Shown: positions 20,292-30,344 of the stretch, in pieces
How positions within the stretch are numbered: the first letter of the stretch is position 1
Layout of the letters: each line of letters opens with the position of its first letter
Assembly (NCBI GenBank): GCA_036381415.1
Contig: DASVCV010000012.1
Coordinates: 10,717 to 74,716, forward strand
Reading direction: 5' to 3'
DNA from: Patescibacteria group bacterium
GTDB lineage: Bacteria; Patescibacteriota; Microgenomatia; UBA8517
Length of the DNA: 64,000 nucleotides
Notes under the pieces: generated by a model
Database searches by the model: none
What the model saw: the letters and a program-made list of their open reading frames with translations, nothing else
Told to the model about the DNA's origin: nothing
Position numbers and translations under genes: made by a program

Positions 20292-21592
20292 AAATATATT
20301 ATACTTATCTTGTGTTCATAACTCCACCGGTTGAATTACAAGAAATACAACTCCTTAATCTATTCCATCTAGCTCTCACTCCTCTTGCCTTAAGGCTAAT
20401 AGGAATTATCTTTCGTGTATTAGGAAGTCTTCTTTTTAGTCTAGTTGCCTTTTATTTTGTAAAACCTAATAAACATAAAAACCTATTTCTTGCAGCAACT
20501 GGATTAATGTTTTTTCTATCACCCTGGGAAAGTCTTATTTCAACATTTTATCTTGTTCAGAGCATATTAATTTTCTTGCTTTTAGTTGTCCTTAAGTTTA
20601 AAAAAAGAATTCTATTAATCCCGCTTCTTTTAATTTCGATTTTCTTTTTATACAAAACATACGCTCCAACATATCTATTTACAAACAAATTATCTTCTTC
20701 AAACCTCTTAATAGAAATAAATGACAGACAAAAAGCTGATTATTTAATAGAGGGAAGAAAATTTGTAATCCCTCGTCCAATTAGGGGAGTTATTTATAAT
20801 AAACAGTTTCTAGCAGGTAACAAAATTCTAAACCAATTCATTTCCTTTTTTGATTTTGAACATCTTGTTTCTCCTCTTGATTCATATGAGTTAATAAGAT
20901 TAAGTGGGATTTCCCCAAAAGGAAACCTTCCTCTTTTTTATCTCTGGGATATTCCACTTGTTATTTATGGAGTGTATCTTCTGACTAAAGAGAATAAGAA
21001 CAATAAGAAGTATGTAATCTTTTTGTTTTTCATTTCACTTATCCCTTATATGATATTTGAGAAAAAACTTCTTCCCCAAACTGCATTTCTAACTTTAATT
21101 CCAATTCTCTTAATAGAACCCTTAGCCATTTACAAAATAATAAAACTAAAAAACAAAATTCCCCTTCTTTTAGTTTCTCTACTTTTTGCACTTAGCATCT
21201 TTAGCTACTACACAACTTTTTACTTCTCTCCACAAACCTACCAAAAACCAGAATCCTACCTGTATGAAGAAATCTCCAAATGGCTGTATAACAATTACGA
21301 CCCTAGTAAAACATATATTATCACTAACAAATTTGGTCCAACAGACAAGATGGTTTCATTCTATCTTCAAAAAACTTACAGCAATGTAAATTTTGAAGAG
21401 TTTGATCTATCAGAAAAAATTCCTCAAAAAAACACTTATTATGTTGGACTTGAAGGAGAATTTGTAGGACACGGCAAAAACCTGGAACAAAGAACACTCC
21501 CCGAGCATCTAAATATTGTTGATAAAATAACTGGACAGGAAGAACCAGTCTTTGAATATGGAAAGGAAATATGGATAGGATTATACAAATAA
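20285..21592 (+). CDS. N-terminally truncated PMT-like paralog (lacks TM1 and the DE loop); possible pseudogene or accessory subunit
   Basis: Aligns with the family from TM2 onward (LFLAATGLMFFLSPWES vs ALLGAFLLAINSWH; LFTNKLSSSN vs FLFFEGD). The ORF begins with GTG at the strand-switch point; the first ATG is at about 20503. Confidence 0.45.
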   Translation: MPQIYYTYLVFITPPVELQEIQLLNLFHLALTPLALRLIGIIFRVLGSLLFSLVAFYFVKPNKHKNLFLAATGLMFFLSPWESLISTFYLVQSILIFLLLVVLKFKKRILLIPLLLISIFFLYKTYAPTYLFTNKLSSSNLLIEINDRQKADYLIEGRKFVIPRPIRGVIYNKQFLAGNKILNQFISFFDFEHLVSPLDSYELIRLSGISPKGNLPLFYLWDIPLVIYGVYLLTKENKNNKKYVIFLFFISLIPYMIFEKKLLPQTAFLTLIPILLIEPLAIYKIIKLKNKIPLLLVSLLFALSIFSYYTTFYFSPQTYQKPESYLYEEISKWLYNNYDPSKTYIITNKFGPTDKMVSFYLQKTYSNVNFEEFDLSEKIPQKNTYYVGLEGEFVGHGKNLEQRTLPEHLNIVDKITGQEEPVFEYGKEIWIGLYK

Positions 21593-23127
21593 CTAATAAG
21601 TACGGATTAATTCTTATTTTGCTGTTGGCGTTCTGTCTTAGAGTAGCCTGGATAAGTAAGTCCCCTCCATCCCTTAATTGGGATGAAGCATCTTTTGGAT
21701 ATAATGCCTACTCAATTCTTAAAACTGGTAAGGATGAATTTGGAGTTAAACTCCCCATATTTCTTAGGTCCTTTGACGACTACAAACCAGCCCTTTATTC
21801 ATACCTTACAATTCCCTTCATATATCTATTGGGGCTAAATGAAGCTTCAGTCAGACTGGTTTCCGTTTTTTCAGGCACTTTCTCAGTGATATTTATATAT
21901 CTATTAGCAAAAGAGCTCTTTAAAAACAAATACATTGGGCTTCTTTCAGCTCTATCTATAGCAATTGAACCCTGGGCCATCCACTTTTCAAGAGCCGCCT
22001 TTGAAGCAAACCTTGCCCTCACATTAGTTTTAGGTGGTATCTACTTTTTACTAAAATCAAAACTAAAAGATAACTACGTAGTATTAGGAACCCTACTTCT
22101 TTCTTTATCTCTATATGCATACACCGCAAGCCGTATACTCATAATCCCCATTCTTTTAGTTTTTCTTGCCATTTATGGAAAAAATCTATTTAAAATCAGA
22201 AAAACTTTATATTTAATAATTATTTTTAACTTAATTCTAGTTCTTCCAATAATAATAACTAACATTGTCCACCCAGAAACCTTGTTTAGGTTATCCTCAA
22301 CATTTTTAATTTCAAGTTCCACCCCGGCAAGATTTCTTTCCTACTTCTCACCAATAAATTTATTTGTAAGAGGTTCTTCAGAGCCAACCCAACATATTCC
22401 AAACTTCGGAATGTTTTTTAGTTTTGAATTTTTCTTCTGGGTAATAGGAATCTATTTTCTCTTAAAAAAGTACACAAAAGAAAAAATTTTAATCTTTCTA
22501 ATTCTTGTAGCTCCAATTCCAGCTGCAATAACATGGAATTGGTTTTATCCTGCCCGAGTTCTACCTTTGTTTTCGCTTTTTTCAATTCTAATAGGATTAG
22601 GCTCATACCAGACAATAATTTATCTTGCCACAAAACCAAAAATTATTTTTGCTTTTTCAATTCTTGCTATTGCATTCCTTACTCTGTACAACCTTGCCAA
22701 TCTGGTAACCACACTCCGTTATCTACTTCCATACGAGGATAGAGGAAACTGGCAATATGGAATGAGAGAAATAGTCCAAGAAATTGCAAAGAATGAATCT
22801 AACTACAACACAATTGTTTTCGAAACAAGAAACGCCCAGCCCTTTATCTTTGTACTTTTCTATTCCAAGTATCCGCCTGATATGTATCAAAAACAGATAG
22901 AAAACACCGCCAAACTCCAAATCCCAAGGAAAAGCTTTGATTTTGGAAAATACATCTTTAGAGATGTTTACTGGCCAAATGACAAGAAAGACCAAAGAAC
23001 TCTTCTTGTTGCTCCAGATTCATCACTGCCACTAGATAAGGTAAAATCAAACTCAAATCTAAACCTCATTAAAGAAGTTAATGATTTTGAAGGAAACCTT
23101 CTGGCAAGAATAGTAGGACTTAGATAA
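21571..23127 (+). CDS. PMT/GT39-like GT-C membrane glycosyltransferase (paralog A5)
   Basis: NWDEASFGYNAYSILKTGKDEFG..LRSFDDYKPALYSY; 518 aa. Confidence 0.7.
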   Translation: MDRIIQITNKYGLILILLLAFCLRVAWISKSPPSLNWDEASFGYNAYSILKTGKDEFGVKLPIFLRSFDDYKPALYSYLTIPFIYLLGLNEASVRLVSVFSGTFSVIFIYLLAKELFKNKYIGLLSALSIAIEPWAIHFSRAAFEANLALTLVLGGIYFLLKSKLKDNYVVLGTLLLSLSLYAYTASRILIIPILLVFLAIYGKNLFKIRKTLYLIIIFNLILVLPIIITNIVHPETLFRLSSTFLISSSTPARFLSYFSPINLFVRGSSEPTQHIPNFGMFFSFEFFFWVIGIYFLLKKYTKEKILIFLILVAPIPAAITWNWFYPARVLPLFSLFSILIGLGSYQTIIYLATKPKIIFAFSILAIAFLTLYNLANLVTTLRYLLPYEDRGNWQYGMREIVQEIAKNESNYNTIVFETRNAQPFIFVLFYSKYPPDMYQKQIENTAKLQIPRKSFDFGKYIFRDVYWPNDKKDQRTLLVAPDSSLPLDKVKSNSNLNLIKEVNDFEGNLLARIVGLR

Positions 23128-23135
23128 TCCCATTA

Positions 23136-24401
23136 TTAATTTATTAAAGAGTTAATTTTCTTTGTAAGATGTATAAGCTTTATAAATACAATAAGGTTAA
23201 TAATCGAAAGCGCTGTCTTTACACTATCTATCTTTAAAAGGCTCTCCAGGAAGGAAAAAGGAGGTGCCCAAAACAAATGATATAGATTTAAAAGACTTAA
23301 AATAGACAAAATAATATAAGAAATTAAAATTTCTGGGAAAAATCCAAGAGAAATAGTAGCCAGCGGAAAAAAGGGATAAAGATACCTCTCATGAATTCTT
23401 GTAAAAAACAAAAACGTAGCCAAAGCAGTCAAACTTAAAGCATAGAAAATATACTTTTCTTCAAATTTATGTTTCTTTAGCCATAATATTAGTGTAAGTA
23501 CTATCCCGATAACCAAAAGATACCCCCAAATATGTGCTGACAAGCCAAAATAAATGTAAGAATCAAGAACTTTTCCAGGATCAACTATCCACCAGAAATT
23601 AAAGGCATTGGCAGTTAAATACCCAATCTCCCCTGGAAATATTCTTTGATTATATAAATTAAATAGCCAAACAGGTAAATCAAAAGCTGGGTGGAACCAA
23701 ATTGATATTCCAACTACGCATATTGCACATGCTGCAAATGCCCTCACCCACTCCTTTACTTCATATTTCTGCCAAATCATTACCACAAAAAGAATTGGCA
23801 GAAAGATAGACAAAGACCCTTTAAACAGTAAGCTCAAAACTATAAATATCATGGATAAAACTAGTTTCCTCTTCATTAGAAAAAGAATACTCACTAGTCC
23901 TAATAAATTTACAATTGGATCTGTTTGCCCCCAAACAGCAGAGTTATATAAAATAACAGGATTAAATAGCCACAAAGCACTCAAAATAAACCCCCTTCTT
24001 TCCATCTTCTTTTCTTTAAAGTACTTATAAATAAGCCATCCAATCCCAAGATCAGCTAAAACTGACGGAAGCTTAACCAACAAGGTCATTCCTTGTCTTT
24101 CCCAATACCAAATAAACTTTGATGGAAAAAATGAAATGCGATTATTTAGGAACCAGGAACTATTATCAACAAAACTCCAAATATTATTAGTAAAAGCAAA
24201 TAGAAGTATAGTTAAAGGCGGCTGGTTTGGTGCTGAATTAGGCCAATCAGTCCCTTCATAAAAATTAGCTAGTCCTCTCTCACTAGCTAACTTTCCCCAA
24301 GAAATATTGTTATTTAAATCCCCGTGGAATGCAATTGGGATTAAAAGGAGTCTTAATATAAAAGCAGCTAGTATTAATATAATAAATTTTTTGCTCTTCA
24401 T
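23136..24401 (-). CDS. Polytopic membrane protein, putative GT-C mannosyltransferase-like (DUF2029/GT87-like)
   Basis: KLPSVLADLGIGWLIYK and NPVILYNSAVWGQTD motifs are shared with the C-terminal module of 46697-49711. Confidence 0.45.
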   Translation of the reverse strand: MKSKKFIILILAAFILRLLLIPIAFHGDLNNNISWGKLASERGLANFYEGTDWPNSAPNQPPLTILLFAFTNNIWSFVDNSSWFLNNRISFFPSKFIWYWERQGMTLLVKLPSVLADLGIGWLIYKYFKEKKMERRGFILSALWLFNPVILYNSAVWGQTDPIVNLLGLVSILFLMKRKLVLSMIFIVLSLLFKGSLSIFLPILFVVMIWQKYEVKEWVRAFAACAICVVGISIWFHPAFDLPVWLFNLYNQRIFPGEIGYLTANAFNFWWIVDPGKVLDSYIYFGLSAHIWGYLLVIGIVLTLILWLKKHKFEEKYIFYALSLTALATFLFFTRIHERYLYPFFPLATISLGFFPEILISYIILSILSLLNLYHLFWAPPFSFLESLLKIDSVKTALSIINLIVFIKLIHLTKKINSLIN

Positions 24402-26134
24402 TTATTACAATATACACTTTTGTTGGGTGTGCTTGCACACTTTAATCCCGGATTAGTTTTGTAACCAATAAATATTGGCCGATGAATAGGATCATCAATT
24501 TCAAAAACCTTGGTTAAAAAATGCTCCTTAGCCTGTTTAGAAGATATAGATAGCTCATCCCCTACCAAAATTTGATTTTTGTATATATCTTTTTCCCAAA
24601 TTATCCCTCGAGTTTCAACATTTTCAAATTGATGGTATGGATCAAACTTAGTATTACTATAATAATTATATTTTATCGTTTGATCTATGTTTTTTTGATA
24701 AATTAAAGGATCAATCTTCATAAAAAATGCCAATTCAATATATGGTATTTTTATTCTTTGATCTTCAACAATGTAGTGCGTCTCAGAATCCTTTCTAATT
24801 AATTGGGACAACTCCTCAAAGCCAAAGCTAAAATCTCTAGCTTTCTCATTAATAAACAAAACAAAATAAGATCTCCAGAAAAATGACAAGGAAATAAACA
24901 AAAATAAAATAACAAATAAACTCTTTACTAATAATTTAGGTTTAAATTTGTTTAGAAACACCATAACTTCATTTATTCCAAACGCAATAATAAGGCTTAT
25001 TGGAAAAACAACAGGCATTGCTCTGTGGGTTGACAATGGATCCTTAGTTAATGCCGCAGGGATAGGTGAAAGAAGTAAAACTAATAATATAAATTTTGAA
25101 TAATCCTCTTTTCTCTTTTTCCAAAGATAAACTACCCCAATCAAATAAGGAACAACCATCCAAACATAAAAAGGTGTCATTTCTGGCATATCCAAATCAT
25201 TTGATAAAAACAAACTTCTTGGAGAAAAATAGTTTACATATTGAGAAAGAAACTCTCGTAAAAAAGATAATACAAAAGCAACTAATTTGGGAAAAATATT
25301 AATTTTTTCTGCCTGTGACAAAATTGCAGAAGAAGACATTAAATCAGACTTAGGAAAAAAAGCAGGTGTAAAAACTATCATTAAGTTAGGTATCTGAGTC
25401 AAAAACAATATTGCAAAAGAAATAATAATATTTTTATAATTTTCTTTTTTAAGTATCTTTTTCCTAAAAATAACAAAAAAGAAAAGAATTAAAGGAGGAA
25501 TAATAAATCTTTCGGTATAGGCAGCATAAAGAGAAAATGAAAGAAAAACTGCAGAAGGAATTAAGTAGATGCTCTTTTTAAGAGAAAGCCAAAGAAATAA
25601 AGAACCTGCACAAAAAAGAAAGAACGCTAGCGACACTTCATATCCAACCCTGCTTTGGAATACAAGCCAAGGAGTTACTGCAAAAAACAAACTTCCAACT
25701 AGTGAAATTTTAAGGTTCTTAAGGAAAAAATAAAATACAAAAATTGACAAAAACCCGCTTAATGATGCAACAATTCTTACTGCATATGGATTTAACCCCC
25801 ATATTTTTATAGGAAGTGTAGTTAAGTAAATATATAAAGGCGCATTATAAGAGCCATACATCCTAAAAACTATCGGCAAGAACTTTCCATATTCATCCTT
25901 GCCAGTTTGGAGAATACTGTAAGCATTATACCCATGAAGTGCTTCATCCACATAAAACCCTTTCGGAACAGATTCTAGCTTAACAAAAAAGATTATAAAT
26001 CCAATAACACCTAGAAGTGTTAATATCAAAACTGATACCCAATTTCTTTTAATTTTAAAGTGTTGCATAAATAATAGTTTGAACAAAGACCAATAAATAG
26101 CAAACAATAAATAACCCAACCACGATCCTTTCAT
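24398..26134 (-). CDS. PMT/GT39-like GT-C membrane glycosyltransferase (paralog A6)
   Basis: YVDEALHGYNAYSILQTGKDEYG..FRMYGSYNAPLYIY; 578 aa. Confidence 0.7.
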   Translation of the reverse strand: MKGSWLGYLLFAIYWSLFKLLFMQHFKIKRNWVSVLILTLLGVIGFIIFFVKLESVPKGFYVDEALHGYNAYSILQTGKDEYGKFLPIVFRMYGSYNAPLYIYLTTLPIKIWGLNPYAVRIVASLSGFLSIFVFYFFLKNLKISLVGSLFFAVTPWLVFQSRVGYEVSLAFFLFCAGSLFLWLSLKKSIYLIPSAVFLSFSLYAAYTERFIIPPLILFFFVIFRKKILKKENYKNIIISFAILFLTQIPNLMIVFTPAFFPKSDLMSSSAILSQAEKINIFPKLVAFVLSFLREFLSQYVNYFSPRSLFLSNDLDMPEMTPFYVWMVVPYLIGVVYLWKKRKEDYSKFILLVLLLSPIPAALTKDPLSTHRAMPVVFPISLIIAFGINEVMVFLNKFKPKLLVKSLFVILFLFISLSFFWRSYFVLFINEKARDFSFGFEELSQLIRKDSETHYIVEDQRIKIPYIELAFFMKIDPLIYQKNIDQTIKYNYYSNTKFDPYHQFENVETRGIIWEKDIYKNQILVGDELSISSKQAKEHFLTKVFEIDDPIHRPIFIGYKTNPGLKCASTPNKSVYCNK

Positions 26135-26819
26135 TAAGCACTTTTGAAACTTTTATCTTTTCATAGACATACTTTACTCCTGATAAAATTGATAAGAATA
26201 TAAATGGGAACAAAACAAATGGACCAATAGGGTTTGATTGTCCAATTAATCCAATCAAAAAAATTGGAATAGCAAAAGACAAGAAAAATATCTTTTTTTC
26301 TTTCTTGTAATCAAAATTTAAAAATCCTATTACAAAAAATGGAAGTAGAATATAAGGAAACTTCTCAAACTCCTTAAATCCTACTCTTTCATTAGGATGG
26401 TTTGAGAAAAAATATAAATTTAAACTCAATGCATCACTAACATTGTTTTTAATTCTATATATGGACAACAACCAGGGTTTGTTTTCAAACCAATTAGCAG
26501 TAGGTATCCATAAATTTTTATTAAATATTTTTATATACACAGGTGGATATTCTTTTAATCTTTGTATCTGGTACAGTTTTTCTTGATCACCCAACTGGAC
26601 TAAAGGAATAGTCTTAGTAGTTGCAAACTGAAATGCAATAAGAATAAGCATGCTAATAATAAAAATCTTATTTATTTTTTTCTCTTTTACGCTTTTATAT
26701 ATAAAAAATGTTGCAGCTAAGACAGCAGTAAATATAAAGAAATTAAAATGTAGTATTTTCCAAATCCAAATATTTGCAAAAAGAAAAATAAAAAATAATT
26801 TTAAATTAAGATTAGTCAT
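26055..26819 (-). CDS. Internal fragment related to the PMT-like family (loop plus FSP/FLF region plus about 4 TM); lacks the DE loop and the C-terminal domain
   Basis: LNLYFFSNHPNERVG..FPYILLPFFVIGFLNF parallels YFSPSFLFLKGG..LYLAELPFFYLGLFIL; overlaps the 24398-26134 start by 80 nt. Confidence 0.35.
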   Translation of the reverse strand: MTNLNLKLFFIFLFANIWIWKILHFNFFIFTAVLAATFFIYKSVKEKKINKIFIISMLILIAFQFATTKTIPLVQLGDQEKLYQIQRLKEYPPVYIKIFNKNLWIPTANWFENKPWLLSIYRIKNNVSDALSLNLYFFSNHPNERVGFKEFEKFPYILLPFFVIGFLNFDYKKEKKIFFLSFAIPIFLIGLIGQSNPIGPFVLFPFIFLSILSGVKYVYEKIKVSKVLNERIVVGLFIVCYLLVFVQTIIYATL

Positions 26820-26835
26820 AAATTCTAAACATGTC

Positions 26836-28614
26836 TTACCAGAGAGAAGGGAAGTTATCTGGTATTATCCCATCAGGATATTTTGTATTTCTTTCTACTT
26901 CAACCATATATTTAAACCTACTAGGAGGAACAGGAAGTGGAGTCGGCATCTTAGATAGAGGATAAAATTCAATCATTGAATAGGCAGCTACTCCATCAGG
27001 ATAGTAGAAAGTCTTGACGACCTTTGAATTTTGAGGAATCTCCTCCCCCTTACACACATACAAAACATTTAATTTGCCACTCTTAGGGCAGTTAAATGTC
27101 ATCTTAAAATAAATATTATCCAACCTATCTACCCTCTCCCATTTACTTTCAGATACTGGCTTTATGACAGCTCTTTTAAGAAACTCCTGAGGAGTTATTG
27201 CTCCATAGAAAAGGAAAAATATGTAATCATCATTGTTTACAGCAACGGCTTTATAATTATCTTTAATTGCTAATATTTCCTTAGTCATGCTCTCATTTAC
27301 AGCTTCTTTAAACCAAGGTCTGTCAGTTGGCTTTTGCACAAAAATTTGGTTCAAAGCATAAAAAGAACTTAGAAGTCCAAACACAAAAATTCCAGCTAAA
27401 ACAACTTTCTTAACATTTCCTTTAAATAAATTACCAATGCTTAAAAAGCCATATGCTGAAATAAGGCAAATTGGAACAATCATAATAGAAGCTCTGTGAA
27501 TATATGGCCCTCCATCAGTTAGAGATGCAGCTACAGGAGCAGCTAGAAGCCAAGCAAATACAATAATGCCACTTTTAAAGTCACTTTTAAATAGAAAAAG
27601 TAACCCGGCAGGCAAAAGTACAACTTCCACCAAAAGTAAAACTCCCATGTCAGGAATTCTTTCTTTAGAATCCATTGCTCCAGTAAAAAATAAAAATTGA
27701 GGGCTAAAATATCTAGCATAGCGATCTAAAAGTCCAACAGCTCCAATCTCATATTTATTATGTAAAAACCAGGTTAATCTTGGAGCAATTTTTACAGGAG
27801 AAACACCCGCCTGAAAGTAAATCTCTTCCAAATGGCTTGCCTCATCTGATGTCATACCACTCCAAATATCTGCTCCAGCTCTTCCTCTATTTTCGGCAGG
27901 GATGAAAGAAAGAAAAATTATTAAACCCAAAGCTGCTGCAAACCCAGCTAAAACTTTTCTTTGTACTTTTAAATTAGAATTTTTAATAAAAGATATTCCA
28001 ACTAATCCTAAAAGGAATAAGGGTATAAAAACTCTTTGAGCTCCATATGTAAAAGATGAAATTAAAAATAAAACAAAGGCTGTAGCAATAAGTATTCTTC
28101 GCTTTTTTATTTCTTTTGCATTCTTAAATTTAAACGCAGCAAAAAGAGCAACAACTGCTCCTGTGGTTAAAACCATAGCAATATGGTTTTCATACCCCAA
28201 CCTAGATTCAAGAATGCTCCATGGTGACAAAGCAGCAAGCCAGGAGGCAACAAGCCCCATTTTAGGATTTGAAAATATCAAAACAGCTAGTGCATATAAT
28301 AGTAATATGAGAATAACTCCAGATGCTGCATCCCAAAACCGAATCTCCACATTTTTCATTCCAAAAATAGCAGCAGGGATTGCATTTAAGTAGGCAAGTC
28401 CAGGATATTTAAAATCTCCAATAGATGCAAAATTAAGTGGAAGTACCTTGCCATACTCATCAGTTCCAAAATGAAGTAAGCTCCAACCGTAGTATCCAAA
28501 AGCAACTTCATCTCCATCTGGCGGAAACGGTAGAGTGGTAATTCTCCAGAAGCGGGTACCGACACCAACTAATACTGCAAGTATTAGTAAGATCTTAACC
28601 CAATTCATTTTCAT
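26836..28614 (-). CDS. PMT/GT39-like GT-C membrane glycosyltransferase (paralog A7, most divergent)
   Basis: DGDEVAFGYYGWSLLHFGTDEYG. The track start at 28620 is GTG; ATG codons lie at 28614 and 28608. Confidence 0.65.
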   Translation of the reverse strand: MKMNWVKILLILAVLVGVGTRFWRITTLPFPPDGDEVAFGYYGWSLLHFGTDEYGKVLPLNFASIGDFKYPGLAYLNAIPAAIFGMKNVEIRFWDAASGVILILLLYALAVLIFSNPKMGLVASWLAALSPWSILESRLGYENHIAMVLTTGAVVALFAAFKFKNAKEIKKRRILIATAFVLFLISSFTYGAQRVFIPLFLLGLVGISFIKNSNLKVQRKVLAGFAAALGLIIFLSFIPAENRGRAGADIWSGMTSDEASHLEEIYFQAGVSPVKIAPRLTWFLHNKYEIGAVGLLDRYARYFSPQFLFFTGAMDSKERIPDMGVLLLVEVVLLPAGLLFLFKSDFKSGIIVFAWLLAAPVAASLTDGGPYIHRASIMIVPICLISAYGFLSIGNLFKGNVKKVVLAGIFVFGLLSSFYALNQIFVQKPTDRPWFKEAVNESMTKEILAIKDNYKAVAVNNDDYIFFLFYGAITPQEFLKRAVIKPVSESKWERVDRLDNIYFKMTFNCPKSGKLNVLYVCKGEEIPQNSKVVKTFYYPDGVAAYSMIEFYPLSKMPTPLPVPPSRFKYMVEVERNTKYPDGIIPDNFPSLW

Positions 28615-28616
28615 CT

Positions 28617-30344
28617 TCACCTTCCGCTAAAAATATAAAATGCAGGAGCTCCTGAGGGATAGGCAATTGCTTTTATCAGCTTTAAATCCCCTGGTGTCCT
28701 TTCTGGCTCATGAATTAAGTCAACCTTAACCTCATTGGCAGTAGCTACATATAAAGTATTTTTATCTAGTAGCTTTCCAAATCCATACACTCCCTCACCA
28801 GCAACACTTGCTGTCCCAAAATAATATTTATCAATATAGGAAACATTTCCAAACCCCTTCACTTCAGTCTTCTTAAATGGATATCCTTCGTGCCATTTGG
28901 CAGGTGGATATGGGTAAAACCCTGCAAAAAATATCCAAGGAGGTTCAGAATATGTTGAAATTATAACTTTACTATAATTTCCTTCTACTTCTTTCATGGC
29001 ACTAATTGCTTCCTTAAATCCATAATGCCACATCCGCTCATTGTCCCAAGGGTTATGTACAAAGTATCCATGAAGGAAAAATATAATAGACACAACCCAA
29101 ACTGCTCCGTATACTAAAACTAAATATTTTCTATAATTCTTTTTTACTAATTTAATCCCTTCAACAATTCCATACGAAATTAAAATTACTAATGGAGGCA
29201 GTATTAGAATTAAGCGTGTTGAGTGTGTTCCACCATCACGGGTTAACGCCGAAGGAAGTACACCTGCTAATATCCAAAAACCAATCAAGGCTTTTAATCT
29301 TTTGTTTTTAGTCTTTACAAAAAACAAAAACAGTCCAGCAACAAGCGGAATTGCTTCTAATTTATAAAACTGACCAATCTCTTGTATTGAGTGCCTTGAG
29401 TTAGGATCTCCAGTATTAAATAAATAATCAGCACCTAATGCCTGGAAATAGTTTCTGGTAATAACTGTTCCAATGATAGTAAATTTATTGTGTAACAACC
29501 TGTCTATTATCGTTGGGTTCACTCCTATTTGAGTTTCTCCCCTCATTAAAGCATCTCTTTGTCTAGCAAAACCTACCTCAGACTCAATTGTAGGATCAGT
29601 AAAAATACCTATATAATCAAATCTTGCCGTTCCTCCTCCAAACATTGTGCTAAATGCAATTGGAACACCAACAATAAGTCCTGCTATGGCTGTATAAACA
29701 AGTTGCCTTCTAGGAAGTGAAAATATCTCTTTTCTCCAAACTAATGTTAAAAATACAATTAAAAACGGTGTAAATAATTTGGCAGTGCTGTAAATCCACG
29801 GGGTAAGACAAAAACAAACTGCAGCAAGCCACATCCATTTTCCATTCTTTAGACCCTTAAAAAAGAAATACAAGCCTAACATTAAAAAAAACAAAAGCTC
29901 AGTAACTTCAAACCCAGCCCTGCTGTACTGAAAATGCCATGGGGAAAAAGTAAGTACCAGTGCTGAAAGAAGTGCCAGCTTTTCACTTTTAAACAACTCC
30001 TTTACTAAAAGGTAAAATGCCCAAATCCCTAAAACTCCAAAAATAACTGCAGGAAGCCTTACCCCATAAGGACTAATTCCAAATAAAGCTACCGTAGGTA
30101 CTGCACTATATAAATAAAGAGGAGTTCTCCACTCAGCTAGTGAATTAAAATGAAGAGGGAGTATATTCCCAGAGTAATCTTTTCCAGTTTTTAAAAATGA
30201 ATAAGCCTGATACCCCAAGTCCACTTCATCTCCAAACAAAGAAACAGGCACTTTTGTTATATTCCAAAACCTTAGAATAAAGGCTAAAGCAAGAATTGCA
30301 ATTAAAATGTGAATAGGTTTTATCTTTTTGACTATTTTTTCCAT
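28617..30344 (-). CDS. PMT/GT39-like GT-C membrane glycosyltransferase (paralog A8)
   Basis: FGDEVDLGYQAYSFLKTGKDYSG..FNSLAEWRTPLYLY; 575 aa. Confidence 0.7.
   Translation of the reverse strand: MEKIVKKIKPIHILIAILALAFILRFWNITKVPVSLFGDEVDLGYQAYSFLKTGKDYSGNILPLHFNSLAEWRTPLYLYSAVPTVALFGISPYGVRLPAVIFGVLGIWAFYLLVKELFKSEKLALLSALVLTFSPWHFQYSRAGFEVTELLFFLMLGLYFFFKGLKNGKWMWLAAVCFCLTPWIYSTAKLFTPFLIVFLTLVWRKEIFSLPRRQLVYTAIAGLIVGVPIAFSTMFGGGTARFDYIGIFTDPTIESEVGFARQRDALMRGETQIGVNPTIIDRLLHNKFTIIGTVITRNYFQALGADYLFNTGDPNSRHSIQEIGQFYKLEAIPLVAGLFLFFVKTKNKRLKALIGFWILAGVLPSALTRDGGTHSTRLILILPPLVILISYGIVEGIKLVKKNYRKYLVLVYGAVWVVSIIFFLHGYFVHNPWDNERMWHYGFKEAISAMKEVEGNYSKVIISTYSEPPWIFFAGFYPYPPAKWHEGYPFKKTEVKGFGNVSYIDKYYFGTASVAGEGVYGFGKLLDKNTLYVATANEVKVDLIHEPERTPGDLKLIKAIAYPSGAPAFYIFSGR

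Noticed and set aside
12146-30344. Whether the tandem PMT-like genes are recent nucleotide-level repeats, or a mobile or repeat array.
   Set aside because: Protein identity between neighbors is only moderate and I could not spot long identical DNA stretches, so I treat them as old paralogs. No transposase or integrase is nearby.
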